From assembly GCA_040285825.1 (NCBI GenBank), contig JAUPSS010000007.1, forward strand, positions 1,772,689 through 1,836,688: DNA of 64,000 nt, written 5' to 3'. A program made the translations under genes and the position numbers. The first letter of the stretch is position 1. Every line of letters starts with the position of its first letter. The notes below the pieces were generated by a model that saw only the letters and a program-made list of their open reading frames with translations, was not told where the DNA came from and did not search any database. Shown here in pieces: positions 11,994 through 24,412 of the stretch. The stretch is from Eukaryota sp. TZLM1-RC. Taxonomy: Eukaryota; Protista; Metamonada: BaSk clade.

Positions 11994-14397
11994 ATGATTT
12001 GTGAAAAGAAAATCAAACTTCATCAGGAATTTACCAATATTTCACCAATTGATTGTTTGGCTACTTTTCCACTGACACAAAATTTAATTCAATATAAACT
12101 TCATGTTTTTTTCTTTGTCCGAACCTCTTCGTGCTGTTTCAAAAAGACAAGTTCATTTTGCCATCTTATAAAACCATTCGAGCAACCGTCAACTCAATGG
12201 TTCAACATTCAAATGTGATACTCAAATTGAAAGAAACTGTTCCCAAATTACAACAGTTACGAATTCATACTACATGTTGAAGTTGTATTTGAAGTCCCGA
12301 TTTGAACGTAATTTAGTACTACCACAAATATTTGCCAAACTATATCAATCACTCATGTCCAGAATTCGTTGAATTTCAGCGGAGCATTATGGGCAAAAAA
12401 TGGTAAAACCACGAAGTGCATTTTCACAGGATTTTGAAGATTTTGTTTATGGTGAAGGAGTTTATACTTTTAAAACTACCTTTGAGCAACAAAAGTTAAA
12501 CAAAACAATGAGTTATCTTGATCACTTAAGAAACAAGCCTGAACAGTTTCCACGATTTCCAACTGATGGATTCAGTAGACCACCTGAATATATGGTTCCA
12601 ATTATGTTTACTAAATTTGAGAATAATTTTAAATCAAATTATGAAAAACGTATCAATGGTTTTATTATTGTTTATTTTGACAAACCAGATGTGGAAAATG
12701 TGTTAGCAGAAGTGCACAAGCTGGGTGGAAAGTCAACGCCATTATCTACAATTATTTCATTATTTAGATTTAGGCTTCGTCAATTCAAAAACTTGTTTTT
12801 AGTTAATGAGAAAGATTGCTTGAGTTCTTTGTTTCATCATCCTGAAAATATTTCAGATCTTCTGAATGATGAATTGTTCGTGTTATGTGAATAACATGAT
12901 GTAAGAAATAATGAATTTAGAGACATATTTGAAGGTCTTATTGTGCCATTTACTTGTCAAATTGAAAATTTGGTCACTGACGAGACTTTTGTTGATAACA
13001 TATTTCCAGTGAATATGCAGTTTCTTGTAGACGCTGTTGAAAAAGATCCTCAAATATTCCTAAAACCAGCAATTACCATTGCCCAATATATCTCCTGTAG
13101 AGAGAAAAGACCTGTCATATTTCTCCTGTGTTAAGCACTGTAAGTCCTATTTTCCTATTGATACAAGAACAATATGGACAATTATGAGACAAACACTAAT
13201 TGATAATATATTATCTACATAGACGCTGAAAATGCCAAATACACTAGCCCCAATTACGATAGTCAAACCACCTCAACAATTTGAATTTAAGTCTAATATT
13301 CTCGATTTAAACCAACCAGTGTTCAAACAGAAGAGCTATACATTCAACATTATCCACACAGATGGATTCAATATTGCAGTAGAATTTGTTGTTCGTCGGG
13401 ATTTACAAGGTCAAAAATGTAAGCCAGACAACAAGGCTAGTATTTCTGATTTATATATTGATGATGTTGATGTTGATACGTTTCAAGGCAAACGAATTGT
13501 TGTTAGTGATCCTGGAAAACGTGATTTATTGTATTTTGGGAGTAAAAAAACTGATGAAGAACTAGCCAAGGTGCCTGAACATGAAACGATACAGCAAAAA
13601 ATTAGTCGGGTGATGAATCAAGACAAGGAATTTCAAATGGTTGAGAATGACTCAAATGTCCTGGTCTATGAAAAGTAGAATTAATGAAAAAGAAAAACGT
13701 TGGGCGACAAAGAATACTGAGGTAGATTACGACAGGAACCAAATGATAGAGTCTAAGGAAATGACAATCGAAGATGCTAACACCGAATTATCCGCGTTTG
13801 CTGCCAATTCAGCAACTTTTATAGATTTTTCCAACTTTGTGGTTGCCAAACTTCGGCAAGTTTTTTTTGACAATTGACTTTTACAGTCTAGACTTGAAGT
13901 ACATTCATAAAATGCAAGCTTTATTCACAAGGATAAGACTGAAAGTTGGTTGTTCACCAGTTTAACAATCCAAAAGTCACTTTAGACTAATGGGTGATTA
14001 TGGTGACAAAGGTTCCAAGAATTTGAAACAACAGAGACCTACTCGAGGCACTGGATGGATTCAATTTCTGAAAAGAAATGGATTTGAAGTATTGATGATT
14101 ACTGAAGCTTTCACTTCAGCAAAATGTCCTGTTTGTTTTGAAAAGGTTGCTACGTTTTTGAGAGTAACAAATCCCAGATGCTAGAGAAGAGAAAAGACTC
14201 CTGTTACTACATGTCATGGTTTATTAGCTTGTAACAGTGAGAGTTGCAAACACAGTAACAAAGGCTCAACCAAGCTTTTCAATAGAAATAAGCTGGCTTG
14301 TCTGAATATGTTTGCAATTGCTGAAGCTAAACAGTGGTAATGAGAGGCCTCAGTATCTGTGTAGTAGATAGTTTTTGTACCTATTTCACACGAAAAT
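11994..14397 (+). mobile_element. Fanzor family A, copy 1 (pseudogenised)
   Basis: IIHTDGFNIAVEF (WED), IVVSDPGKRDLL (RuvC-I), MGDYG, ITEAFTSAKCPVC (RuvC-II), LLACNSESC, FNRNKLACLNM (RuvC-III), ERPQYL; several stops; 5' boundary approximate. Confidence 0.85.
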
Positions 14398-14488
14398 TAA
14401 TCGTGTATTTATGGGAATTTCCCACATCAAATCACATCATTTTGTCTCACCCAATCCCTATCCTCTGAATCCTCATTTATACCTACTT

Positions 14489-16171
14489 ATGTCCATTAAT
14501 CTCATCAATTCTTCTCGTGATGTGCTCTTCTCTATACTCAGAGATGTTTCTGGGATGAAAGCCCTCCTTCTTGACCCTTATACTGTTTGTTCCACTTCTC
14601 GCTAACCGTAGTCCTCTGTTGTATCACATGTGGCTTCCCAATCAGAAATTATTGCAGAACAAGTTTTTCTTGTCAAACGTCTCTCTTCCCCCTGTTCTGA
14701 ACCACTGCACCATCTCAAAGCCCTTGTTTTCATATCCCCCACACCTGAATCTATAACTTGCCTCTGTGAAGAACTTAAACAACCAATGTTTTCTTCCTAT
14801 TCCATTGTACTAACCTCTGACCTTTCAGATGACGTCATCAAAGAGATTGCTTTGGCTGACACCTCATCAGTTGTCACTTCACTCCGTTCTTATTATCTCA
14901 ACTTTTGTCCTATTACTCCCCACACCGCTTACTCAACTCTATCACATCTTAAACTCCTCCCTTCCGAAACCTCCCAGGCCTCTTCTTTACTAACGTCATT
15001 ACTTATTGCTCTTGGATCTCCCGCCTCAATTAGGTATATTAAAGATAGCGATCTAACCCGAACTATCGCATCATCGTGTCACTCTCAGCTTCGACAACAC
15101 AAAGATTTGCTCAACAAATCTTCCCTTACCCAAGTCCTCGTAATGGATCGAAAGGAGGATCCTGTCAGCCCGGTGGTATTGCCTTGGACTTACCATGCAA
15201 TGATTGGCGAATTTAGTTCTTCATTTATCAATAACAGAGCAGTCATTAGAAAAGATGGTGAAGAAAAGGAATATGTTTTTTCCACTTTTAATGATTCTTT
15301 TTTCGAAAACCATCGCAATTCATCTTTTGGGGACGTGGGCGTTGCAACTCATGATTTAGTTTGTGAATTTTCAAAGCAGCAGTCAAGCGCAAAAGCCTTG
15401 AATTCTATAGAAGATATCCAATCATTTGTCGAATCTTTACCAGAGTTTAGAACGCAAAAAACCACAATGACCAAGCATGTGGCAATGGTTTCTTATTTAG
15501 CAAAGGTAGTTGAGGATAGAATGTTGATGGATTTGGGTGAAGTTGAACAATCTTTCTTGGCGAGTCATGGTCACTCAAATCGTGAATTGATTGATTGGCT
15601 TAAACGGTCAAAAATCTCTGACAATGATAAGCTTCGGTTATTGGTAATGTTGAACATCAAGGATCCAAGTTTTGAATTACCAACTGAAATTTCCGAGTCT
15701 TGTCCATTTTTGGTGACTGCAAACGACAAAATTAAGTCTTTCATTTCAAATCGGCAATTGGATTTATTTAAATCCAGAAATTTGCTAGCAAAAGCTCATT
15801 CGGTGGTGAGGAAGCAAGTTAAAGGAGTTGCTAATGTGTATGCTCAGTATCAACCAATGATTGCTAATTTAGTTGACCAAGTTAGAAATAGAAACTTAAA
15901 GGAATCTGTTTGGCCTTTTGTTGATGGACAGCATTCAACTGAAAAACCTTCAATATTGGTTGTACTCATAGTGGGTGGTATTTCTTTATTAGAAGCCCAA
16001 TACATTGAGGAATTCAATTCTCAGAATAATGGGTTTCAGATAATACTTGTAGGTACTAGTCTGTTGAATAGCAAATCATTTTTAGAGTCCATTGTACAAC
16101 CTGATTCTTCTTCAGGGCCACTCTCTCTTGCTCATGGTGCTATTAATAAGATGTTTTCGTTCTTTAGCTGA
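14489..16171 (+). CDS. VPS45: Sec1/Munc18-family protein VPS45; intron 14585-14611
   Basis: GMKALLLD exon 1 spliced in frame over a 27-nt GT..CTAAC..AG intron; HLKALVFISPT, DRKEDPVSP..PWTYHAMIGE, KGVANVYAQYQP. Confidence 0.9.
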
Positions 16172-16467
16172 AAATTGTAAATGGTGTTGTTATAAATTAT
16201 ACTTCCTTTTGTTTTGAAATGTTACATAGGTTGCTACTTGTTAATAACTTTGGTGTTTTTCAGTCCAAGCAACGGTGTTTCCTCAAATTCATTCCAAGAA
16301 TTCGTAAATAAAACAACAAGGTTATCCTATTCTAAAATTGATTCGAGGAATAGAGACTGAAATACTTTGTTGAGTATGTTGGTTTTGGTAGAAGTTGAAG
16401 TAAGTGGAGGTAGTTCCAATACCAATAGAGGTGATCAATATTCAACACCAAATTGGGTTTCATTACC

Positions 16468-17249
16468 ATTAAAAAAAGGTGTGTGCGAGAACAAGTCATC
16501 AGATTCTTCACTATTTGTCACCATCGTGCCACGAAAGTTTGGGCAATGTGCTTATAATGACGATTTTGTAACAAAAATGAGATTATATCTGAATAACCCT
16601 ATTAACCAACTTCAACGAAACGTGTATTTGTTCGAATTCACCTCAGCTCACTTTGCGTCATGCTTTAAATTGTCCCAAATTGGTAACTTATCGTTCTTCA
16701 TTACATGATGCTGTTAGAGACACTGTTTTCAATATTGCACAAGCTGCAAGAATATCGTGTATCAAAGAGCTTCTGCTGAAGGAAACACTGTCTCTGAATA
16801 ATTTTGGTTCTGATGATAGAGGTGATGTATACTGTGATTGGATTGATAACTCGAAGCTATTGTTGTCTTTGCCTCATGTAATGTTGCAAATGACACTTTG
16901 GTTCAAAGCATGGAACTTAATCCTGTAATAGCTCTCGAATATAAAGCCAAAGAAAAACATAGAAAATATGATAAAGATATTGAAGCTAATGCCGATAGAA
17001 ATACACCACTGGTATTTATTGCTTTTCCATTTTCGATAAACTGAAAACTATCAGTAGAAGCAGTAACTTTTTTGATTGATTTCCAAGAAATGGTTCAAAA
17101 ACAGCAATGAACAGAGTTGTTGTGTTTTTGTGGTGGTCACATATTTAATTTGCCATAATTAATAGATTACCTCGGTTCGTTTATCGAATAAGAGAAGCAA
17201 TGGCAAGAAAACAAGCAGGTCAGGATTTTCTAGAGGAAATCTTGGTTCA
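16468..17249 (+). mobile_element. CRE-like non-LTR retrotransposon 3' fragment (family F2)
   Basis: Nucleotide match to 18882-20354; DDRGDVYCDWID RLE motif; decayed. Confidence 0.85.
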
Positions 17250-17347
17250 TTGGATCACTTAGGTCAGATTGAATTTGATAAAGCAGGAAATCTCCCACTT
17301 CCAAAAAACTCAGTTTCTCCACCTATTCCATTGTTATATCTGTCAGC

Positions 17348-17764
17348 ATGGGTCGACCTCAAGGTAATTCAAAAGTCAAGAGACATAAGTCGGTTACTAG
17401 ACGTTATGCTGGACATAAACGCACAAAAGATCTCGATCAAATACATACAGATCTCAAGCCTGAAAACATCGTAAAGTTAGTCAACCAGGAAGACGGAGAT
17501 CTTCCTGGTCTTGGAAAAAACTACTGCATTGCATGTGCTCGTCACTTCATTTCTCAGGCTCACTTAGAAGCTCATTTCAAATCCAAGCCTCATAAGAAAC
17601 GTATTAAAGCTCTCAAGGACACCCCCTATACTGATTTAGAAGCCCAATTAGCAGCAGGAAAAGCTCCACCAGACAATGGGAACAACAAACCTTCAATCTT
17701 ACCAGAGCCATCCTCTTTACCAGTTACGTTGGACCCGAGTGAATTGAGGAAGGAGTCGGTGTAG
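17348..17764 (+). CDS. BUD20: BUD20/ZNF593 C2H2 zinc-finger ribosome biogenesis factor
   Basis: RTKDLDQIHTD, DLPGLGKNYCIACARHF, HFKSKPHKKRIK. Confidence 0.9.
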   Translation: MGRPQGNSKVKRHKSVTRRYAGHKRTKDLDQIHTDLKPENIVKLVNQEDGDLPGLGKNYCIACARHFISQAHLEAHFKSKPHKKRIKALKDTPYTDLEAQLAAGKAPPDNGNNKPSILPEPSSLPVTLDPSELRKESV

Positions 17765-18224
17765 CTTGTGCTTTTGAAATGGAGTATCTCCTCGTGTTCC
17801 TTGTGTTTGTTTAGTCTTTTTTAGCAGTATTTGTTTGCTCTTTCCATTTATTTGTGTGTATAAATGTTCTTCAATTATTAGTTTTGTATGATATTGTCTG
17901 AAATCACATCTGCTTTACACTGGACAGGAGTACATCTAAACTCCTTAATGGTACCACATTGAAAGATGGCAAACTGACAGTATGTGTAACTTCTTCCATC
18001 ATGAATTTTTGCTCCTTCAATTTGTAATATTGATTAAAATGAAATAAAATTTTTAATTGGTGCTGAAAAGAAAACCAAACTTCCACTAAGTTCTCAACAT
18101 CGTACAACCCTTGTGTATCTATTCGTTGAAGCTTTTTGAAAACCAGATGCAATCTAGAAAATATTTAATATTTGTGATGAATATTATTTGAACTAAATGC
18201 TTCTATGCATAGATTACTCTTCAA

Positions 18225-18345
18225 CTTCGAAAAAACTCGACTTTTTGACCAGCATCAGATTTGCGGATTGTCGCTTTTTACGGAATTTCTGTTCCAAATT
18301 CCCGAAAACACACAGTCTATTTTCGTGTGTAAAAATACAAAAACT
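18225..18345 (-). ncRNA. candidate omegaRNA scaffold of Fanzor A
   Basis: 3' of the stop; hairpins ACACAC..GTGTGT and GGAATTT-ggaacag-AAATTCC; first about 25 nt similar to copy 1. Confidence 0.4.
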
Positions 18346-18881
18346 ATCTGCTAGACAGATACTGAGGTCTTTCATTACCACTCATTCTGGCTTCAGCGAT
18401 TGCAGACACATTCAGACACGCCAGCTTATTTCTACTGAAAAGCTTTGTTGAGCCTTTGTTACTGTGTTTGCAACTCTCACTGTTACAAGCTAATAAACCA
18501 TGCCATGTAGTAACAGGATTTTTTCTTATATAGAATGTGGGATTTGTTACTCTCAAAAACGTAGCAACTTTTTCAAAACAAACAGCACATTTGGTTGAAG
18601 TGAAACCTTCATTAATCATCAATACTTCAAATCCTTTCCTTTTCAGTAATTGAATCCATTCAATGCATCGAGTAGGTCTCTGATGTTTTAAGTTCTTCGA
18701 ACCTTTTTTTTGCCATAATCACCCATTGGTATTACAGTGTCTTTTGGATTATCAAATTGGTGGACAAGCTTTTTGAACAACCAACTTTCAGTCTTTTGCT
18801 TGTGAATAAAGTTTGCATTTTATGAATGCTCCACAAGTCAAAACTGTAACAGTCAATTGTCAAAAAAACTTACCGAAGTAT

Positions 18882-20354
18882 TTATTGAATTTGCACACTT
18901 GATTAAATTAAATCATAACTAATGGGACGACTATCATTAAACCAAGATTTCCTCTACAAAATCTTGATTTGCTTGCTGTCTAGCTAAAGCTTCTCTAATT
19001 CGATTGAAAAACCGCGGTAATCTATTAATAATGGCAAATTGAATCCGTGAACGCCATAAAAAAATATCAAATCTTTTCATTGTTTTTTCTTTCACCATTT
19101 TTTGGAAGTCTTCCAAAAAAGTTTCTGCTTCAACTGATAATCTTCCATTTATCGAAAATGGGAAAGCAATAAAAACCAGCTGTGTATTTCTATCGACATT
19201 TGCATCTTCAATTTCTTTATCATATTTTCTATGTTTTTCTTTTGCTTTAAAATCCAGAGCAGCCACAGGATTAAGTTTTCTTCTGTGAACCAAAGTATCG
19301 TTTGCAATATTACATGAGACAAAGTCAACAATAGCTTCAGAATTATAAATCCAATCACAGTATACATCACCTCTATCATCAGAACCAAAATTATTCAGAG
19401 AAAGTGTTTCCTTAGGCAGGGGCTCTTTGATACACGATATCCTTGCAGTTTGTGCCATATTGAAAACAGTGTCTCTAACAGCATCATGTAATGAAGAACG
19501 ATAAGTTATCATTTTAGAGCAATTTAGAGCATGGCGCAAAGTGAGTTGAGGTGAATTCGAACAAATACATTTTTCTTTTGATAATAATTGGTTAATGGGG
19601 ATGTTCAAATATAATCTCATTTTTGTTACAAATGCTTCATTAGTGGCACACAATCCAAATCTTTGTGGTACAATGGTTACAAAAAGTGAAGAATCTGACG
19701 CCTTGTTTTCACAAACACCCTTTTCCAATAACAATGAGTGAAGATCTTGATTTAAAACAGCCGAGCTGCAAATATTATTATAAAGATCTGTTTCATACAT
19801 TCCAGTCAATCTTTTCTGTAATGTTCGAAGAGTGTACTTCAAATTTAAAACATTTTTTTCTGGAATATTGCCATTGAATGATTGGGGAAAACATCGACCC
19901 CATTTTTCCACATCAATTCTTGAAATTTCTTCATTTAATGCAAAAACAGTGGAACTTTGCGTTGTCATCAATAAATCTTCCCAATCTGCAAATCTTTCGG
20001 AAAACTCAAAGATTGCATTTCTGCATCCACCAACAAAAGCACACGAGGTAAGAATAGAAGCCTTCGTCCACCCTAAACCACCATAATGTGGACTAAGGTA
20101 AGCATGATCTGGAATTTGAAACATTTTACATCCCAGTAATTGAGACAGAACTTTTGCACGTAACTCATTAAACTTTTGAGCCAAAGGTCTAGTGACAAGA
20201 GGATTTGTAGATCGAAATATATGATTAAAATTGGAACTAAAACACAGTCCTATAATGGTAAATTTGATGTGTTTTTTTATATCTAAATTCATCATTCGGT
20301 CAATTTTGTCAGAAATTGAGTTCAACTTTTCAAACAATTTTTTGGTAATTTCAT
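18882..20354 (-). mobile_element. CRE-like RLE non-LTR retrotransposon (F2), 5'-truncated, 9-bp TSD
   Basis: 466-aa open frame with GGLG thumb, CICS..HALNC knuckle and RGD..D..K RLE; CCGAAGTAT duplicated at 18873-18881 and 20355-20363. Confidence 0.92.
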
Positions 20355-21420
20355 CCGAAGTATGGTAACCACAAAGTTAAAAATATCTATAAAAGTTGCT
20401 GAATTGGCAGCAAACGCGGATAATTCGGTGTTTGCATCTTCAATTGCCATTCCGTTAGACTCTATCATCTGGTTCCTGTCGTAATCTACCTCAGTATATT
20501 TTGTCGCCCATCGTTTCTGTTTTTCATTCAGCCTACTTTTCAAAGACCAGGACCTCTGAGTCATTCTCAACCATTTGAATTTCTTGTCTTGACTCATCAC
20601 CCGACTATTTCTTTGCTGTTCAGTTTCAGTCTTTTTACTCCCAAAATACAATAAATCACGTTTTCCAGGATCACAAACAACAATTCGTTTGCCTTGAAAA
20701 GTATCAACATCACCATCATCAATATATAAATCAGAAACACTAGCCTTTTTGTCTGGCTTACATTTCTGACCTTGTAAATCCTGACGAACAAATTCTACTG
20801 CAATGTTAAATTCATCTGTGTGAATAATGTTGTTGATTTTATAGCTCTTCTTTTTGAACATTGGTTGATTTTAATCAAGAACATTAGACCAAAATTGAAA
20901 TTTCTCAGGTGGTTTGAATCTATGAACTTGGGCTAGTGTATTGACCATTTTTAATTTCTGATCAGGCAACAAATCGTCTATCAATGTTTGTTTAATAATC
21001 CTTCATATTGTTCTTGTATCAATAGGAAAATATCCAGGACCTACAGTGGTTGAAACAAGAGAAATATGATATGTTTTTTTCTCTCTACTGGAGAGATATT
21101 GGGCAATTTTAATTACTGGTATTAGGAATATGTGAGGATCTTTTTCAACAGCGTTTGCAAGAAAATGTACATCCACTGGAAATATGTTATCAACTAAATT
21201 CTCGTCAGTGACCAAATTCTCAATTTGACAAGTAAATGGCTCAAAAAGACCTTCAAAGATGTCTCTCAAATCGTTATTTTTTGCATCATGTTGTTCACAT
21301 AAATCAAAAAATTCATCATTCAGAAGGTCTGACATATTTTCAGGATGATGAAACAAAGAACTCAAGCAATCTTTATCATCAACTAAAAACAAGTTTTTGA
21401 ATTGACGAAGCCTAAATCTA

Positions 21421-22500
21421 GACCCTGACTAAATGTACCATTGATTGCACCATAAATTATAATTTTTTGGTAAATGTACCATAATGAAAACGTACCACAA
21501 TTTCATCAACGTACCACATTCTGTTTCGTCTGAACTTCATATATGGACTTCTCTGATCTTAAGGCAGACAGTTTCACCGATATAAAAACCTCCCTTTATG
21601 CACGCTGTTTTGCTTCCGGCTATGCTCTGATAGTAGATCATTCATCTGACTACACTTGTCATTTCTGTTGTGAAAAAGGAGGTAACTTCCGTTGTAAAAA
21701 CGAAGGTGGTAAAACCCGCAAAACAGGTTGTCCCTTCAACATTCGGGTCACACGGACAGAAAATAATTGGGTGGTTGTTAGTCAACACAACTTCTCCGTT
21801 CTTTCGTACGAGATACTGATCTGGAAGACAAAGTACGAAGTTTATGGAAATCAGTTTGCTATGCCGGGGACCACGTGTCAATGCTGCAGAAAAAGAACAA
21901 AATTGATCAGGAGTTCCACATGTTTCCTCAGTTGATTGATTATCTCGATGATTTGGTTGACAATTATGGCGAAAAATTTCTGGTTTGTCATACAACTTAT
22001 GATTTCTACCTTGGACAGAGGGCTTCATCTCGAGTTGAATCAATTCACAGTATTCTCAAAAGATATCTTAAAGTATCCACTGGTGATTTGGCAAATATTG
22101 TGGAGAAGACGGTTGTTATGTGGTCGAATATAGTGGCTGAACACAAATTTCAAGAGACTAGAGACGCTGATATTAACTTGATCTATTCAGAATGCGTAAA
22201 TTCTTTCATTCAACCTATCTTGAAAAAACTTCCCAATTTCATCTGCATCCTGGTTGCAGACAAAGTGATAAGATCACAATCACGATGCGGATCTCTTCCC
22301 AATGATCGGCTTTCATCCAACTTTGGTCTTACGTCATTATCTCAGCTTTTCAACTGTATGAAAGCGGAAACCAACTCTCAGTCGATTTATTCCATCTTCA
22401 CTGGCATTGGGAGCATTCCCATGTTCCTATTCAAGTTCCCTCACAGCCACAAGTTCCTGTTTCAACTGATACCACGCCGTTAGAGCTTCTTTCTTCCGCT
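21421..22500 (+). mobile_element. Mutator/MULE (FAR1-like) transposase remnant
   Basis: CCEKGG..KTRKTGCPFNI Zn domain; RASSRVESIHSILKRYL catalytic-Glu region; repeated (A)TGTACCA motifs at 21431-21518; central DDE region deleted. Confidence 0.75.
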
Positions 22501-24412
22501 TCGTTATCCGAAGAACAGCGTCAATTTGTGACGTCTTCTTTATACCAATTGGTGACATCCGTACAGAACATACCTTTTGCTTCTTCTGTAAAAAAGACAA
22601 GGGGACGACCTTTAGAATGCGAAGAGTCAAGATAATCTCACTGTCTGACACGATGTCTGACATGCTGAATGCAATTTCAATCAAATAGCTAATTTCCACA
22701 ATGGTATCAAATGCCTATCCAATGTATCTCTATTAGTGGTCAGCAGCATCAGCTCGATTTACCTTTCAACTGATATTGTTACCAAAGTTTCCCACTCTTC
22801 TTCTTCACTTGTTTCCATTTCTGAACAACAGCGCCTAAATCAATCATTGTACGTCTGCAATCTGGAAAATCCTGTCGACAAATTGATCTTGCTTTGTAAG
22901 GTCATTGTTGACAATTTCTGTACACAATCATGATATGATTGTTCTATGCTTCTATAATAAGTGTTTTGTGCTTCTACTTCCATAGAAGTAGTGTTCACAT
23001 CTTCAGTATCATTTCTTCCACTGTGGATCATTACTGGATGGAATTTTGTTTGAAGGATATCGCTCAATAATTTTGAATCAGGATTCCTGATCATCGCTAT
23101 GAGACTGTTTAACTTCCACAGATTTACAAAACATGAGTAATCATATTTATTCGTCGTCGTTGGATGTTTGGGGAGATAATTGCCCTGATCCAGTCACGAA
23201 ATTGCGATGAGAAGTATAATCACATCCTATGGATCTTTGAGTAAATCTTTCGCTTCAATACATCATGAATGATACAGGAATATAGTATGTAAAAATATTG
23301 CAAAAATATTGGGTTCAGGTTCAAAACCGGTTCAGCCAAAGTCTCGGTAGGTTTTTCTACCATTAGTTATAAGTATTGTTGAGTTATTGCTACGACTTCC
23401 AAGTCAGTATACATTATTCAATAATTAATAAATTCATGATCTAATTTCTATTCAATTTGTGTCTTCATTGTCATACGTTGAAAAACAGTTTATAATTTGC
23501 ACTTGGTTTATACTGGTTCCTATCCATGGAAGAACAAACACTATCTGCTCCTTTATCTTCACCCAACAGGTCCTGGATTCTGGAGTACCCCTCTCCTATA
23601 TGATCATGTTCGTAGTGACGTTACTACCTGTGATCGACATGCCGACCCATATTGTTTTATTTTGTTTTCAAAATATAAAATTGAATTCAGTCTTGGTGGC
23701 AGATGTGGGTCTGGATTCTGACAACTATTGGAATCCTTCTGTTCTCCACATGCCTATATCTCACTGGTTGCTGTTGCTGTTGTTTCGGATTTTGTGAGCT
23801 CTCAGACCCTCTTCGTAATGTGAACTCCGATTATGTTGTCTTGCTTTGATTTGTACTGTATTATACCCATTTCCTTATGATCGACTTTCGCACAACATTA
23901 TATCGTTGTTATCGGACCAAACCTTGTGATGGTTTCATCAATAGTGTTTCATAGATTGGTACAACTACTGGTAAGGATGCTTAGGTTAAATCATTGTGGA
24001 CATGCACAATAGTATCAAATATCTAGCTAAAGTGAGGAGACTAGGTGTCACCACTATTTGTGTGTTCCATCTTTAGATATAGCACTATAAAATAGAAACA
24101 TTTTCACTCGTTTGGCCTAGTACAGAGCTATAAGCAAGGGCTCATTTGAGGAAGTCACAATGCATACAGACATGCATCAAAGCAATTTATTATTAGCAGA
24201 TATTAAGAATGCTCAAAATGATCACAAATAGCATTAACAAGAATTATTTATGAGGTTACAATGGACTAAAACAGTATTAAAGCACACAATTGCCAAAAAA
24301 ATTCAATAGAAAAAAAATAAAAACTTCACTTGCTCATCAGAGACAGAAAAGCTTGTTGCTGCCTTACTAGCAACAAAGTTGACTTGGTAGCCATTATTCG
24401 ACAATGAATCAT

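Larger units (their letters stand above)
18225..21420 (-). mobile_element. Fanzor family A, copy 2; 5'-truncated, interrupted by a retrotransposon
   Basis: Homologous to 12765-14397; IVVCDPGKRDLL, INEGFTSTKCAVC, FSRNKLACLNV; coding parts at 18344-18881 and 20355-21420. Confidence 0.85.

Noticed and set aside
131-16171. Alternative genetic code to explain the many broken ORFs
   Set aside because: Host genes end properly at TAG, TAA and TGA; breaks are largely confined to mobile elements and pseudogenes and include frameshifts
22500-23990. Short ORFs 22427-23797
   Set aside because: No recognisable motifs; probably decayed MULE cargo or pseudogene fragments
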